From: an uncultured virus (IMG/VR IMGVR_UViG_3300020577_001549)
Lineage: Duplodnaviria > Heunggongvirae > Uroviricota > Caudoviricetes
IMG/VR virus record: IMGVR_UViG_3300020577_001549
Reading direction: 5' to 3' (one strand)
Length of the DNA: 64,000 bases
Position numbers and translations under genes: made by a program. The notes beneath the pieces were generated by a model. It had not been told where the DNA came from, made no database searches, and worked only from the letters and a program-made list of their open reading frames with translations. Positions 43,435 to 52,502 of the stretch are shown here, in pieces (positions within the stretch are counted from its first letter, which is position 1; every line of letters begins with the position of its first letter).

Positions 43435-46032
43435 ATGGCATCGAACAGCATCACTCCATCCCTGTCCCAAGCGCCGCGCGGGCTGGACGCCCTTGAGGGG
43501 GTTACCCCCGATGACACCCCAGCCATCGAGATCGAAATCGAAGACCCCGAAGCGGTCAAGGTGGGCATCGACGGCATGGAGATCGACATGCTGGAGGTTG
43601 ACGCCGAGGAAGGCTTCAGCGACAACTTGGCCGAGTACATGGACGAAGGACAGCTGTCCACGCTGGCCGGTGAGCTGCTTGAGTTGGTAGACGCTGACAT
43701 CACGTCCCGCCGGGACTGGGTGGACATGTACGTGCGCGGCCTTGAGGTGCTGGGCATGAAGTACGAGGAGCGTACGGAGCCATGGGAAGGTGCCTGCGGC
43801 GTCTACTCCACGGTGCTGACCGAAGCGGCCATCCGCTTCCAGAGCGAGACGATCATCGAGACGTTCCCCGCGGCCGGCCCAGTCAAGACCGAAATCATCG
43901 GCGCGATCGACAAGCTCAAGGAAGAAGCGGCCGAGCGCGTGCGCGAAGACATGAACTACAAGCTCACCGAGGAGATGCCCGAGTATCGCCCCGAGCACGA
44001 GCGCATGCTGTACAACTTGGGCTTGGCCGGTGCCGCGTTCAAGAAGGTCTACAAAGACCCAGCCCTCGGCCGCCAGACCTCAGTGTTCATCGGCGCTGAA
44101 GACCTGATCATTCCCTACGGCGCGTCCAGCGCCCGCACGGCCGAGCGCGTCACCCACACGATGCGCAAGACCAAAAACGACATCCGCAAACTGCAGGTGG
44201 CCGGGTTCTACCGCGACGTGGAGTTGGGTGACCCAGTCACGTTCCACACCGACATCGAGAAGAAAAAGGCCGAAGACCAAGGGTATACCCTGACGGACGA
44301 CGACCGCTACCAGATTCTGGAAATCTGCGTGGACTGGGACATGCCCGGCTACGAGGACGAGAACGGCATCGCCCGCCCGTACGTGGTCACCATCGACCGC
44401 TCCACACAGAAGGTGCTGGCCGTCTACCGCAACTGGGACGAGGACGACGAGCTCAAACTCAAGAACCAGCACTTCGTGCAGTACACCTACGTGCCCGGGT
44501 TCGGTGTGTATGGCCTTGGCCTGATCCACATCATCGGTGGCTACGCCCGCGCGGGCACCTCGATCATCCGCCAGCTGGTGGACGCCGGCACGCTGAGCAA
44601 CCTGCCCGGCGGCTTGAAGGCTCGGGGCCTGCGCATCAAAGGCGACGACACCCCGATCGCCCCCGGCGAGTTCCGTGACGTGGACATTGCCAGCGGTTCG
44701 GTGCGCGACAACATCATGCCGCTGCCGTACAAGGAGCCAAGCCAAGTCCTGATGGCCCTGCTGAACCAGATCACCGACGAAGCCCGTCGTCTGGGCTCGG
44801 TGGCGGACATGAACATCAGCGACATGAGCGCCAACGCGCCGGTCGGCACCACACTGGCGCTGCTGGAGCGCCAGCTCAAGACCATGTCGGCCGTGCAGGC
44901 CCGGGTCCACTACAGCATGAAAGAGGAGTTCAAGCTCCTCAAACGCATCATCCGCGACAACACCCCCGGCGAGTACGAGTACGTGCCCACTGGTGGCAAC
45001 CCCAAGGCGAAGAAGGCCGACTACGACATGGTGGAAGTGATTCCAGTGTCGGACCCCAACAGCTCGACCATGGCCCAGCGGATCATGCAGTACCAAGCGG
45101 CCATCCAGTTGGCCCAAGGTGCTCCGCAGATTTACGACCTGCCACAGCTGCACCGCCAGATGTTGGAAGTGCTGGGCATCAAGAACGCCGAGAAGCTGGT
45201 GCCAACCGAGGACGACCAGAAGCCGCGCGACCCCGTGTCGGAGAACATGGGCCTGCTCACCGGCAAACCCACCAAGGCGTTCCTGTACCAAGACCACGAC
45301 GCACACATCGCCGTCCACACGTCCATGCTGCAGGACCCCAAGGTGATGGGCCAGATGGGTCAGAACCCACAGGCGCAGCAGATGCAGGCAGCCATCATGG
45401 CCCACATTGCCGAGCACGTCGCGTTCCAGTACCGCTCACAGCTCCAAGAGCGCCTTGGCGCTACGCTGCCCGAGCCAGATGCCGAGATTCCGAAAGAGCT
45501 CGAGGTCCAGCTGTCGCGCGTTGTCGCGCAGGCGTCGGCCCAGCTGCTCAAGATTCACCAAGGCGAAGCCGCTCAGGCCCAAGCCCAGCAGCAGGCCCAA
45601 GACCCGATCATCCAGATGCAACAGGCCGAGCTGCAGATCAAGAAGCAGGAAGCCGACATCAAGGCGCTCAAGGTCAAAGGGGACTTGCAGATCAAAGCGG
45701 AAGAGCTGGCGCTCAAGGCGCAAGACAGCGCCGCCGCGCGAGGCGAAGACCCAGCCATGGCTGCCGCGCGACTCCAGCAGGAGATTGCCCAAGCCCAAGA
45801 GATGCACGCACTGGAGATGGCGGCAAAGCAGGCTGAGCTGCAGCAAGCCCAAGCCCAGCAGCAGCAGGCCATGATGATGCAGCAACAAGCGCATGCGCAG
45901 AAGATGGCCCACGGCGGCGAGGTCCACCGTCAGAAGCTGACCCACGCCGAGATGCAAGCGGAACTCGCGGCGCAGCAAGCCCGGAATCAACCCAAGCCGA
46001 CTGCGACACCGTCGGGTAGCAAAGGAGAGTGA
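43435..46032 (+). CDS. Portal protein
   Basis: 865 aa directly after terL; long Q-rich C-terminal coiled coil (P22-like barrel). Confidence 0.85.
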   Translation: MASNSITPSLSQAPRGLDALEGVTPDDTPAIEIEIEDPEAVKVGIDGMEIDMLEVDAEEGFSDNLAEYMDEGQLSTLAGELLELVDADITSRRDWVDMYVRGLEVLGMKYEERTEPWEGACGVYSTVLTEAAIRFQSETIIETFPAAGPVKTEIIGAIDKLKEEAAERVREDMNYKLTEEMPEYRPEHERMLYNLGLAGAAFKKVYKDPALGRQTSVFIGAEDLIIPYGASSARTAERVTHTMRKTKNDIRKLQVAGFYRDVELGDPVTFHTDIEKKKAEDQGYTLTDDDRYQILEICVDWDMPGYEDENGIARPYVVTIDRSTQKVLAVYRNWDEDDELKLKNQHFVQYTYVPGFGVYGLGLIHIIGGYARAGTSIIRQLVDAGTLSNLPGGLKARGLRIKGDDTPIAPGEFRDVDIASGSVRDNIMPLPYKEPSQVLMALLNQITDEARRLGSVADMNISDMSANAPVGTTLALLERQLKTMSAVQARVHYSMKEEFKLLKRIIRDNTPGEYEYVPTGGNPKAKKADYDMVEVIPVSDPNSSTMAQRIMQYQAAIQLAQGAPQIYDLPQLHRQMLEVLGIKNAEKLVPTEDDQKPRDPVSENMGLLTGKPTKAFLYQDHDAHIAVHTSMLQDPKVMGQMGQNPQAQQMQAAIMAHIAEHVAFQYRSQLQERLGATLPEPDAEIPKELEVQLSRVVAQASAQLLKIHQGEAAQAQAQQQAQDPIIQMQQAELQIKKQEADIKALKVKGDLQIKAEELALKAQDSAAARGEDPAMAAARLQQEIAQAQEMHALEMAAKQAELQQAQAQQQQAMMMQQQAHAQKMAHGGEVHRQKLTHAEMQAELAAQQARNQPKPTATPSGSKGE

Positions 46033-46229
46033 TGAGTAACACTGTGATGGACCTCCTTCAGCGCAAGCTGAAGGAGCAAGAAGAAAGTCATGTTCAAGCT
46101 TTGGCGGGGGGCGCGGTCGCGGACTACGCTGCCTACCGAGAGTTGTGCGGAGTGATCCGAGGTCTGCAGACCGCACAACGTGAAGTTGCCGACCTCGTGC
46201 GTAGATTGAAAGACGAAGACAATGACTGA
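46029..46229 (+). CDS. Small head-associated protein
   Basis: DYAAYRELCGVIRGL motif; follows the portal gene. Confidence 0.7.
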   Translation: MMSNTVMDLLQRKLKEQEESHVQALAGGAVADYAAYRELCGVIRGLQTAQREVADLVRRLKDEDND

Positions 46230-46626
46230 ATTTGACGTTTCGGCAGTTGACCTGTCGGGGGTGCTCAACAAAACGGCCGAGGAAAAGGCCAAGCAGATTC
46301 CCGATCCAGCGACGTTCCACTTGCTCTGCATGCTGCCCAAGGCAGAAGAAGAGTTCAGTGAAACCGGCATCCTGAAGTCCGCCACGGCCATGCACCACGA
46401 GGAGCTTCTGTCCCCCGTGCTGTTTGTGGTCAAGATGGGCCCGGATGCGTACAAGGACGAGAAGCGATTCCCGAGCGGCGCAAGCTGCAAGGTGGGCGAT
46501 TTCGTTCTGGTCCGCCCCAACACAGGCACCCGAATGAAGATTCACGGCACCGAATGGCGCTTGATCAACGACGACTCTGTCGAGGCCGTTGTGCAAGACC
46601 CACGCGGCATCCAGCGCCCCAACTGA
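46222..46626 (+). CDS. GroES-like co-chaperonin
   Basis: TGILK mobile loop, VVKMGPDAY, CKVGDFV, RLINDDSVEAVV. Confidence 0.8.
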   Translation: MTEFDVSAVDLSGVLNKTAEEKAKQIPDPATFHLLCMLPKAEEEFSETGILKSATAMHHEELLSPVLFVVKMGPDAYKDEKRFPSGASCKVGDFVLVRPNTGTRMKIHGTEWRLINDDSVEAVVQDPRGIQRPN

Positions 46627-46636
46627 GGAGTTCACC

Positions 46637-47584
46637 ATGACCATGGAAAAAACTGAATTCGAGTTCCCCGACGAGGTCGAGGAAAAGAACCCCCGCGCGG
46701 GCGGCAAAGTGGTTGAGCCTGAGACGGACATCGAAGTTGTCGATGACACCCCCGAGCAGGACCGCGGCCGCAAGCCCATGGACGAGCCCCCCAAGGACGT
46801 GACCGACGAAGAGCTGTCCAAGTACGACGAGAGCGTGCAAAAGCGGATCAAGCACTTCACCAAGGGTTACCACGAAGAGCGCCGGGCCAAAGAAGCCGCC
46901 GAGCGCCAGCGTGAAGAAGCCTTGGCGTTCGCGCAAAAGGTGGCCGAAGAGAACAAGAAGCTCAAGGGCTCCCTGTCCCAAGGTCAGAACGCGCTGCTCG
47001 AACAGGCCAAGAAAAACGTCGCGCACGAGCTCGATCAGGCCAAGGCCAAGTACAAAGCTGCGTACGAGTCTGGTGACTCTGACGCGCTGGTGGATGCCCA
47101 AGAAGCGCTCACAAGCGTGAAAATGAAGGCAGAACGGGTGAATAATTTCAAACCCGCACCTGTACAAGAAGAAAAATATGAGGTACAAACTACCTCACAG
47201 GCTACTCAGGCCCCGAAAGTGGACCCTGAACTGGCGAGTTGGCAGGAACGCAACTCGTGGTTTGGGGCCAACAAGCGGATGACAGCGTACGCGCTGGGAG
47301 TCCACGAGGACCTGATTGGCGAAGGAATTCCTGCAGGCAGCAAAGAATACTACCGTCGTATCGATGCTGAAATGCAGGAGCGCTTTTCGGACGTGTTTGG
47401 GTCCGACAAGACGGGGGATGCGCAAACTTCTCCGGCCAAAAAGACAAACGTCGTCGCTCCCGCAACTCGCAGCGCTGCGCCTCGCAAGGTCGTGCTGACG
47501 AAGTCGCAGGTCGAAATCGCCAAGCGGCTTGGTGTTCCTCTGGAACTCTATGCACGTAAGGTTGCGGAAGAAATGAGGAAATGA
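46637..47584 (+). CDS. Capsid scaffolding protein
   Basis: Acidic N-terminus, coiled coil, C-terminal IAKRLGVPLELYA; GAGGAG RBS. Confidence 0.75.
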   Translation: MTMEKTEFEFPDEVEEKNPRAGGKVVEPETDIEVVDDTPEQDRGRKPMDEPPKDVTDEELSKYDESVQKRIKHFTKGYHEERRAKEAAERQREEALAFAQKVAEENKKLKGSLSQGQNALLEQAKKNVAHELDQAKAKYKAAYESGDSDALVDAQEALTSVKMKAERVNNFKPAPVQEEKYEVQTTSQATQAPKVDPELASWQERNSWFGANKRMTAYALGVHEDLIGEGIPAGSKEYYRRIDAEMQERFSDVFGSDKTGDAQTSPAKKTNVVAPATRSAAPRKVVLTKSQVEIAKRLGVPLELYARKVAEEMRK

Positions 47585-48045
47585 ACATGGAACAGACTGT
47601 TGACAACCGCGCACCACGCGCAACCAAGAACCGCGAAGCTGACGCACGCCCCACCAAATGGACGCCGCCTCAGTTGTTGCCTGACCCCACACCGGAGCCG
47701 GGCTACGCATTTCGTTGGGTACGTGTGAGCATGTTGGGCAAGGACGACCCCACGAACATTTCCGGCAAATTGCGTGAAGGCTGGGAACCTGTCAAGGCTT
47801 CTGACCACCCTGAGATTCGCTTGTTCGGTTCTGGTGGAAACCATATCCCGGACAGCATTGAAGTTGGTGGCCTGTTGCTCTGCAAAACCCCGGTGGAGTT
47901 TGTCGAACAGCGTGATGCGTATTACCAGCAACAAGCTGATGCGCAGATGCAATCGGTGGACAACACCTTCATGCGCGAGAATGACGCTCGGATGCCGCTT
48001 TTCAAAGAGCGTTCGTCTAAAGTCACTTTCGGCAAAGGCGTTTAA
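47581..48045 (+). CDS. Head-region protein
   Basis: PGYAFRWVR, EGWEPV, VGGLLLCK motifs. Confidence 0.75.
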   Translation: MNMEQTVDNRAPRATKNREADARPTKWTPPQLLPDPTPEPGYAFRWVRVSMLGKDDPTNISGKLREGWEPVKASDHPEIRLFGSGGNHIPDSIEVGGLLLCKTPVEFVEQRDAYYQQQADAQMQSVDNTFMRENDARMPLFKERSSKVTFGKGV

Positions 48046-48064
48046 CTTTTTCAAGGAGTCATAA

Positions 48065-48907
48065 ATGGCTTATCCCGCAGTCTCGGCCCCATACGGCCTT
48101 GAGCCGATCAATCTGATCGGCGGGCAAGTGTTTTCGGGTTCTACCCGCAGCTTGCCCATCCAATACGGCTACGGCACGAACATCTTCAATGGTGATTTCG
48201 TGGTTCTGTCGCGTGGTTTCATCACCCGCGCCTCCGTGTCCACTGGTACTGGTGCAAACCAAGTTACCGGCATCTTCTTGGGCGTGTCCTACACCAACCC
48301 ATTGACCAAGCAGAAGCAGTTCTCGCAATACTGGCCCGCGTCTACGCTGGCTGGCGATGCGATGGCCATTGTTTGTGACGATCCTGACACCGTGTTCAAG
48401 GCTGTTGTTTGCTCTTCGGGCACAACCGTGGCTTCTGGCGCTCTGTCGATGATTGGCACCAACCTGTCGATGATCAACAACACCGGCAATGCCAACACTG
48501 GCAACTCTGCCAACGCTGTTTTGGCTCCCACAGCCACTCCCGTCAGCACGATCCTCCCAGCTCGTTGCGTCGGTGTCGTGCCTGATACAGCCATCTCCAC
48601 GTCGGCAACTGGCAGCTCGTCTACCACCACCATCACACTGACCGGCTCGGGCTTGCCCATCGCCATCCCAGTGGGTACGGATGTGGCATACATCGCCGCC
48701 AACGGTCAGTTGATCGAAACCGGTTCGTTCGTGACAGCAGCAGCTGCCGCTGGCGCAACTTCGGTGACCATCAACGCACAGCCCAACATCCTTGGTTCTG
48801 GCGCTGACATCCCGTCGTCCTCCACCATCGTGTTCACTCAGTACCCAGAAATTCTGGTGAAGATGAACCTGTTGGTGCATGGCTACTACAGCTCCACCAC
48901 CGCCTGA
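48065..48907 (+). CDS. Probable capsid decoration/minor capsid protein
   Basis: Beta-rich protein directly before the MCP; AAGGAG RBS. Confidence 0.6.
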   Translation: MAYPAVSAPYGLEPINLIGGQVFSGSTRSLPIQYGYGTNIFNGDFVVLSRGFITRASVSTGTGANQVTGIFLGVSYTNPLTKQKQFSQYWPASTLAGDAMAIVCDDPDTVFKAVVCSSGTTVASGALSMIGTNLSMINNTGNANTGNSANAVLAPTATPVSTILPARCVGVVPDTAISTSATGSSSTTTITLTGSGLPIAIPVGTDVAYIAANGQLIETGSFVTAAAAAGATSVTINAQPNILGSGADIPSSSTIVFTQYPEILVKMNLLVHGYYSSTTA

Positions 48908-48922
48908 TAAGGAGTACGAATC

Positions 48923-49834
48923 ATGGCAATTTCACGCGCACAACTGCTCAAAGAACTCCTGCCCGGCCTGAACGCCTTGTTCGGTCTGGAATATGCCCGC
49001 TACGGCGAAGAGCACAAGGAAATCTACGACACCGAGACATCGGAGCGTAGCTTTGAAGAAGAAACCAAGCTGTCGGGCTTCTCCGCCGCTCCTGTCAAAA
49101 ACGAAGGCCAAGCCATCGCTTATGACAACGCGCAAGAAGCATGGACCGCACGTTACAACCACGAAACCATCGCCATGGGCTTCTCCATCACGGAAGAAGC
49201 AGTGGAAGACAACCTGTACGACAGCTTGTCCAGCCGCTACACCAAGGCTCTGGCTCGTGGCATGGCCTACACCAAACAGGTGAAAGCTGCGTCGATCCTG
49301 AACAACGGCTTCAGCTCTGCCTACACCTACGGTGACGGCCAAGCTCTGTTCTCCACTGCTCACCCTCTGGTGAACGGCGGCACGAACAGCAACCGCCCAG
49401 CTACCGCTGCCGACCTGAACGAAACATCGTTGGAAAACGCTGTCATTCAGATCGCTGGTTGGACTGATGAGCGTGGTCTGTTGATCGCTGCCAAGCCCAA
49501 GAAGCTGATCGTTCCCCCAGCCTTGATGTTCGTTGCCACTCGTTTGTTGGAAACCAGCCTGCGCGTTGGCACCACCGACAACGACATCAACGCCATCAAG
49601 AACAACGGTTCGATCCCCGAGGGTTACACCGTGAACCACTTCTTGACCGACGCCAACGGCTGGTTCCTGACCACCGATGTGCCCAACGGCTTGAAGCACT
49701 TCGTCCGCACCCCCCTCCAGAATTCCATGGATGGTGATTTTGATACGGGGAACGTGCGTTACAAGGCCCGCGAGCGTTACAGCTTCGGCGTGTCCGACCC
49801 GCTCGGCATCTACGGAAGCCCCGGTAGCTCCTAA
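48923..49834 (+). CDS. Major capsid protein
   Basis: AISRAQLLKELLPGL, GDGQALFSTAHP, PKKLIVPPAL, ERYSFG; TAAGGAG RBS; strong codon bias. Confidence 0.9.
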   Translation: MAISRAQLLKELLPGLNALFGLEYARYGEEHKEIYDTETSERSFEEETKLSGFSAAPVKNEGQAIAYDNAQEAWTARYNHETIAMGFSITEEAVEDNLYDSLSSRYTKALARGMAYTKQVKAASILNNGFSSAYTYGDGQALFSTAHPLVNGGTNSNRPATAADLNETSLENAVIQIAGWTDERGLLIAAKPKKLIVPPALMFVATRLLETSLRVGTTDNDINAIKNNGSIPEGYTVNHFLTDANGWFLTTDVPNGLKHFVRTPLQNSMDGDFDTGNVRYKARERYSFGVSDPLGIYGSPGSS

Positions 49835-49853
49835 AATTAGGACTTCCGGTTAC

Positions 49854-49879
49854 AAAAAGGGCCCTTCGGGGCCCTTTTT
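49854..49879 (+). terminator. Bidirectional intrinsic terminator after the MCP
   Basis: AAAAAGGGCCC-TTCG-GGGCCCTTTTT. Confidence 0.9.
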
Positions 49880-50019
49880 CTTTGGGCGCGGCGCAGCCCC
49901 CTATCTTCCCGGTATCGAAATCCAGCGGCACCAGATTCTGAATCCTCAGAAATAATTTGTAGGTCTCCATCCATTGTCGGAATGGAAAGCCAAAATGTTG
50001 GCGGCACGCCAGAAAAAAG

Positions 50020-50048
50020 TTGTGCCTACCTTGGCCCAATGATATAGT
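50020..50048 (+). promoter_or_regulatory. Putative sigma70 promoter
   Basis: TTGTGC-17 nt-TATAGT with extended TG. Confidence 0.5.
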
Positions 50049-50055
50049 GGGCCAT

Positions 50056-50128
50056 CCGGGAATCCCGGTACGCCAAACTGACCCGGCAGACATCATGCTG
50101 ATTGACGTACCAACAACTGCATGAAGGA
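50056..50128 (+). ncRNA. Candidate pseudoknotted 5' leader RNA
   Basis: Three interleaved helices ending at the RBS (see findings). Confidence 0.4.
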
Positions 50129-50135
50129 AATCATC

Positions 50136-50600
50136 ATGGGAATCGCTTCTCACCTCGGCCCTTGGCTCTTGGGCACCGTCAAAGACACCACCGGCACCGC
50201 TGCTGGCACCGTTCGCAACATGGGCGCAACCATCGTTGCCCAGACCTTCAGCTTGACCGCTGCACAGGTGGCCACCGGTAGCATCTCCGCAGGTTTCATT
50301 CCCGCGGGCGCACTGGTCACTTCTGTCCAGATTCTGACCACCACGTTGTTTGCTTCGGCCACTACGTTGAAGGTCACGATCGCTGGCGTCGATGTGAACA
50401 CCGCCTCGACCATCACGGCAGCCGGCACGATCGCAGTGTCTCCTGCAGCCACGTTCACCCCAACGCAAGCCAACGTCGGTTCCACCGATGCGGCCGTCAC
50501 GTTCACGACCACTGGCTCGTCTGCTACGGGCGCGGTCACAGTCATTGTTGCGTACATCATGCGCAACAGCGACGGCACCAGCACCCCAGCTTCTGCTTAA
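50136..50600 (+). CDS. Virion structural protein (T/A-rich beta protein)
   Basis: AAGGA RBS; IPAGA-V motif. Confidence 0.7.
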   Translation: MGIASHLGPWLLGTVKDTTGTAAGTVRNMGATIVAQTFSLTAAQVATGSISAGFIPAGALVTSVQILTTTLFASATTLKVTIAGVDVNTASTITAAGTIAVSPAATFTPTQANVGSTDAAVTFTTTGSSATGAVTVIVAYIMRNSDGTSTPASA

Positions 50601-50607
50601 TTGATTT

Positions 50608-50625
50608 CGGGGGCTTCGGCCCCCG
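50608..50625 (+). other. GC hairpin with TTCG loop
   Basis: cgggggc-ttcg-gcccccg with no U-tract. Confidence 0.6.
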
Positions 50626-50642
50626 CTCTATAGGAGACAGAT

Positions 50643-50933
50643 ATGGGAATGCAAGGTGACGTGCGGGCCAAGCACACCAATACTTCGGCCACCATTTACG
50701 CAGACCGGACGCGGGTCAAAGGGTTTTCCATTTGCGCAACAGCGAGTACCGCGGGCACCCTGCTGTTGAAAGACGGCGGGTCCAGTGGCACAACGCTGAT
50801 CGAGATTGACATCCCGTCGAACTCAAACCCCAACTCGTTTTATGTGGCCATCCCACAAGAAGGCGTGCTGTTCTCGACGGACGTGTACGCAACGCTGACA
50901 AACATTGCGTCTGTCACGATCTTTTACGGGTAA
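50643..50933 (+). CDS. Small virion structural protein
   Basis: AGGAG RBS; IPQEGVLF motif. Confidence 0.7.
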   Translation: MGMQGDVRAKHTNTSATIYADRTRVKGFSICATASTAGTLLLKDGGSSGTTLIEIDIPSNSNPNSFYVAIPQEGVLFSTDVYATLTNIASVTIFYG

Positions 50934-50956
50934 ACCCCTAACACAGCAGAGTACCT

Positions 50957-51202
50957 ATGGCTGACGTTGATACCGCCCGCGAATTGGCAACACACGCCGC
51001 TGACATTGCGCACCTGCAGTCCGACATGGACAAGCTGGTGGAGAGTGTCGCTGCGATGCAAAAAACCCTTTCCGAGATTGACAAAACACTGTCTGAGGCC
51101 AAGGGTGGCTGGAAGATGTTGATGATGTTGGGCGGTGCCGGCGGCGTCCTCGGCTCTGTGGTTACGCAGGTCATCCACAACATGCCGACGTGGGGCAAGT
51201 GA
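50957..51202 (+). CDS. Coiled-coil protein with a C-terminal TM segment (holin-like)
   Basis: Heptads followed by GGWKMLMMLGGAGGVLG. Confidence 0.55.
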   Translation: MADVDTARELATHAADIAHLQSDMDKLVESVAAMQKTLSEIDKTLSEAKGGWKMLMMLGGAGGVLGSVVTQVIHNMPTWGK

Positions 51203-51543
51203 TGCCAAGCACCAGCAAAAAACAGCACAACTTCATGGCCGCTGTCGCGCATAACCCCGCTTTCGCAAAGAAGGCGGGCGTGCCACAATCAGTAGGTCAA
51301 GACTTCTCAAATGCGGACAAGGGCCGCAAATTCTCCAAAGGTGGCGATATGAAACATGATGACATGAAAATGGACAAGTCCATGATGCAGAAGGCCGTGA
51401 ACAAACACGAGAGCCGCCTGCACAAAGGCCAACCGGTGACCAAGCTGGCCAAGGGTGGCGTGACACGCGCGGATGGCTGCGTGTCCAAAGGCCACACCAA
51501 AGGCAAGCAGATCACGATGGCACGCGGCGGCAGCTGCATGTAA
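51202..51543 (+). CDS. Small basic protein
   Basis: MPSTSKKQHNFMAAVAHNP; three xxxGG motifs. Confidence 0.7.
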   Translation: MPSTSKKQHNFMAAVAHNPAFAKKAGVPQSVGQDFSNADKGRKFSKGGDMKHDDMKMDKSMMQKAVNKHESRLHKGQPVTKLAKGGVTRADGCVSKGHTKGKQITMARGGSCM

Positions 51544-51546
51544 GCC

Positions 51547-51822
51547 ATGCTGGCCAGCCGTGGGATGGGGGCCATCTCCCCCAACAAAATGCCCAAAGGC
51601 AAGCGCACCGCTCGCCGGGATGACACCGACTTCACGCAGTACGCTGAAGGCGGGGGCGTCAATGCGGCCGGTAACTACACCAAACCCGATCTGCGCAAGC
51701 GCATCGTGTCGCAGGTGAAGGCCGACGCAACGCACGGCACCAAGGCTGGTCAGTGGTCGGCCCGCAAGGCACAGCTTGTGGCCAAGAAGTACAAGGCCGC
51801 TGGCGGCGGGTATCGGGATTGA
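51547..51822 (+). CDS. Small basic protein
   Basis: GQWSARKAQLVAKKYK-AGGGY motif. Confidence 0.75.
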   Translation: MLASRGMGAISPNKMPKGKRTARRDDTDFTQYAEGGGVNAAGNYTKPDLRKRIVSQVKADATHGTKAGQWSARKAQLVAKKYKAAGGGYRD

Positions 51823-51823
51823 G

Positions 51824-52057
51824 ATGAAAGCCCCGCAGAAATCGCTCAAGGACTGGGGTGACCAGAAATGGCGCACCAAGTCTGGCAAGCCGTCAAGCAA
51901 GACGGGGGAGCGGTATTTGCCTGAAGCCGCCATAAAATCTCTGTCGCCGGACGAATACGCCGCGACAACCCGAGCCAAGCGAGCGGGCAAAGCGGCTGGC
52001 AAACAGTTCGTCAAACAGCCATCCAAAGTGGCAGCTAAAACAGCGAGGTATCGGTAA
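51824..52057 (+). CDS. Small basic protein (DUF5872-like)
   Basis: SLKDW-QKWRTKSGK, ERYLP. Confidence 0.7.
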   Translation: MKAPQKSLKDWGDQKWRTKSGKPSSKTGERYLPEAAIKSLSPDEYAATTRAKRAGKAAGKQFVKQPSKVAAKTARYR

Positions 52058-52311
52058 TGGCTAAATCACCTGCATGGCAGCGCAAAGAGGGCAAGTCCGA
52101 AAAAGGGGGCTTGAACGCGAAAGGCCGCGCCTCGTACAACAAAGCAAATCCGGGTAAACCCGGATTGAAGGCCCCCCAACCCGAAGGTGGCCCGCGCAAA
52201 GACTCCTTCTGTGCCCGCATGGAAGGTATGAAAGCCAAACTGACTGGCGAGAAAGCCAAAAAAGACCCAAACTCACGCATCAACAAATCGTTGAGAGCGT
52301 GGAAATGCTGA
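52057..52311 (+). CDS. Small basic protein (DUF6321-like)
   Basis: GGLNAKGRASY, SFCARM, SLRAWKC. Confidence 0.75.
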   Translation: MAKSPAWQRKEGKSEKGGLNAKGRASYNKANPGKPGLKAPQPEGGPRKDSFCARMEGMKAKLTGEKAKKDPNSRINKSLRAWKC

Positions 52312-52322
52312 AGGACTGACCC

Positions 52323-52499
52323 ATGAACCTCGAAACCGTACGCAAATGCGCTGACATGACCGCTCAAGTGCAGATGAACGCCTTTGGTCACGTCACCAAA
52401 GACGTGCAGGACCTGCTCGACGAGCTGAACACACCTGCGCCCGTGGCTGAAGAAGCCCCGGCTGCCAAACCCAAAGCCAAGGCGAAAGCCGCGGAGTAA
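52323..52499 (+). CDS. Hypothetical protein (58 aa)
   Basis: AAGGA RBS; read manually. Confidence 0.6.
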   Translation: MNLETVRKCADMTAQVQMNAFGHVTKDVQDLLDELNTPAPVAEEAPAAKPKAKAKAAE

Positions 52500-52502
52500 G
52501 CC

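Noticed and set aside
44080..46863. Long antisense ORFs opposite the portal gene
   Set aside because: Same shadow effect; the portal frame explains the region
49849..49974. 41-aa minus-strand ORF (MDGDLQII...) after the capsid gene
   Set aside because: No RBS, it runs through the terminator, and it is better explained by the inverted capsid-like arms
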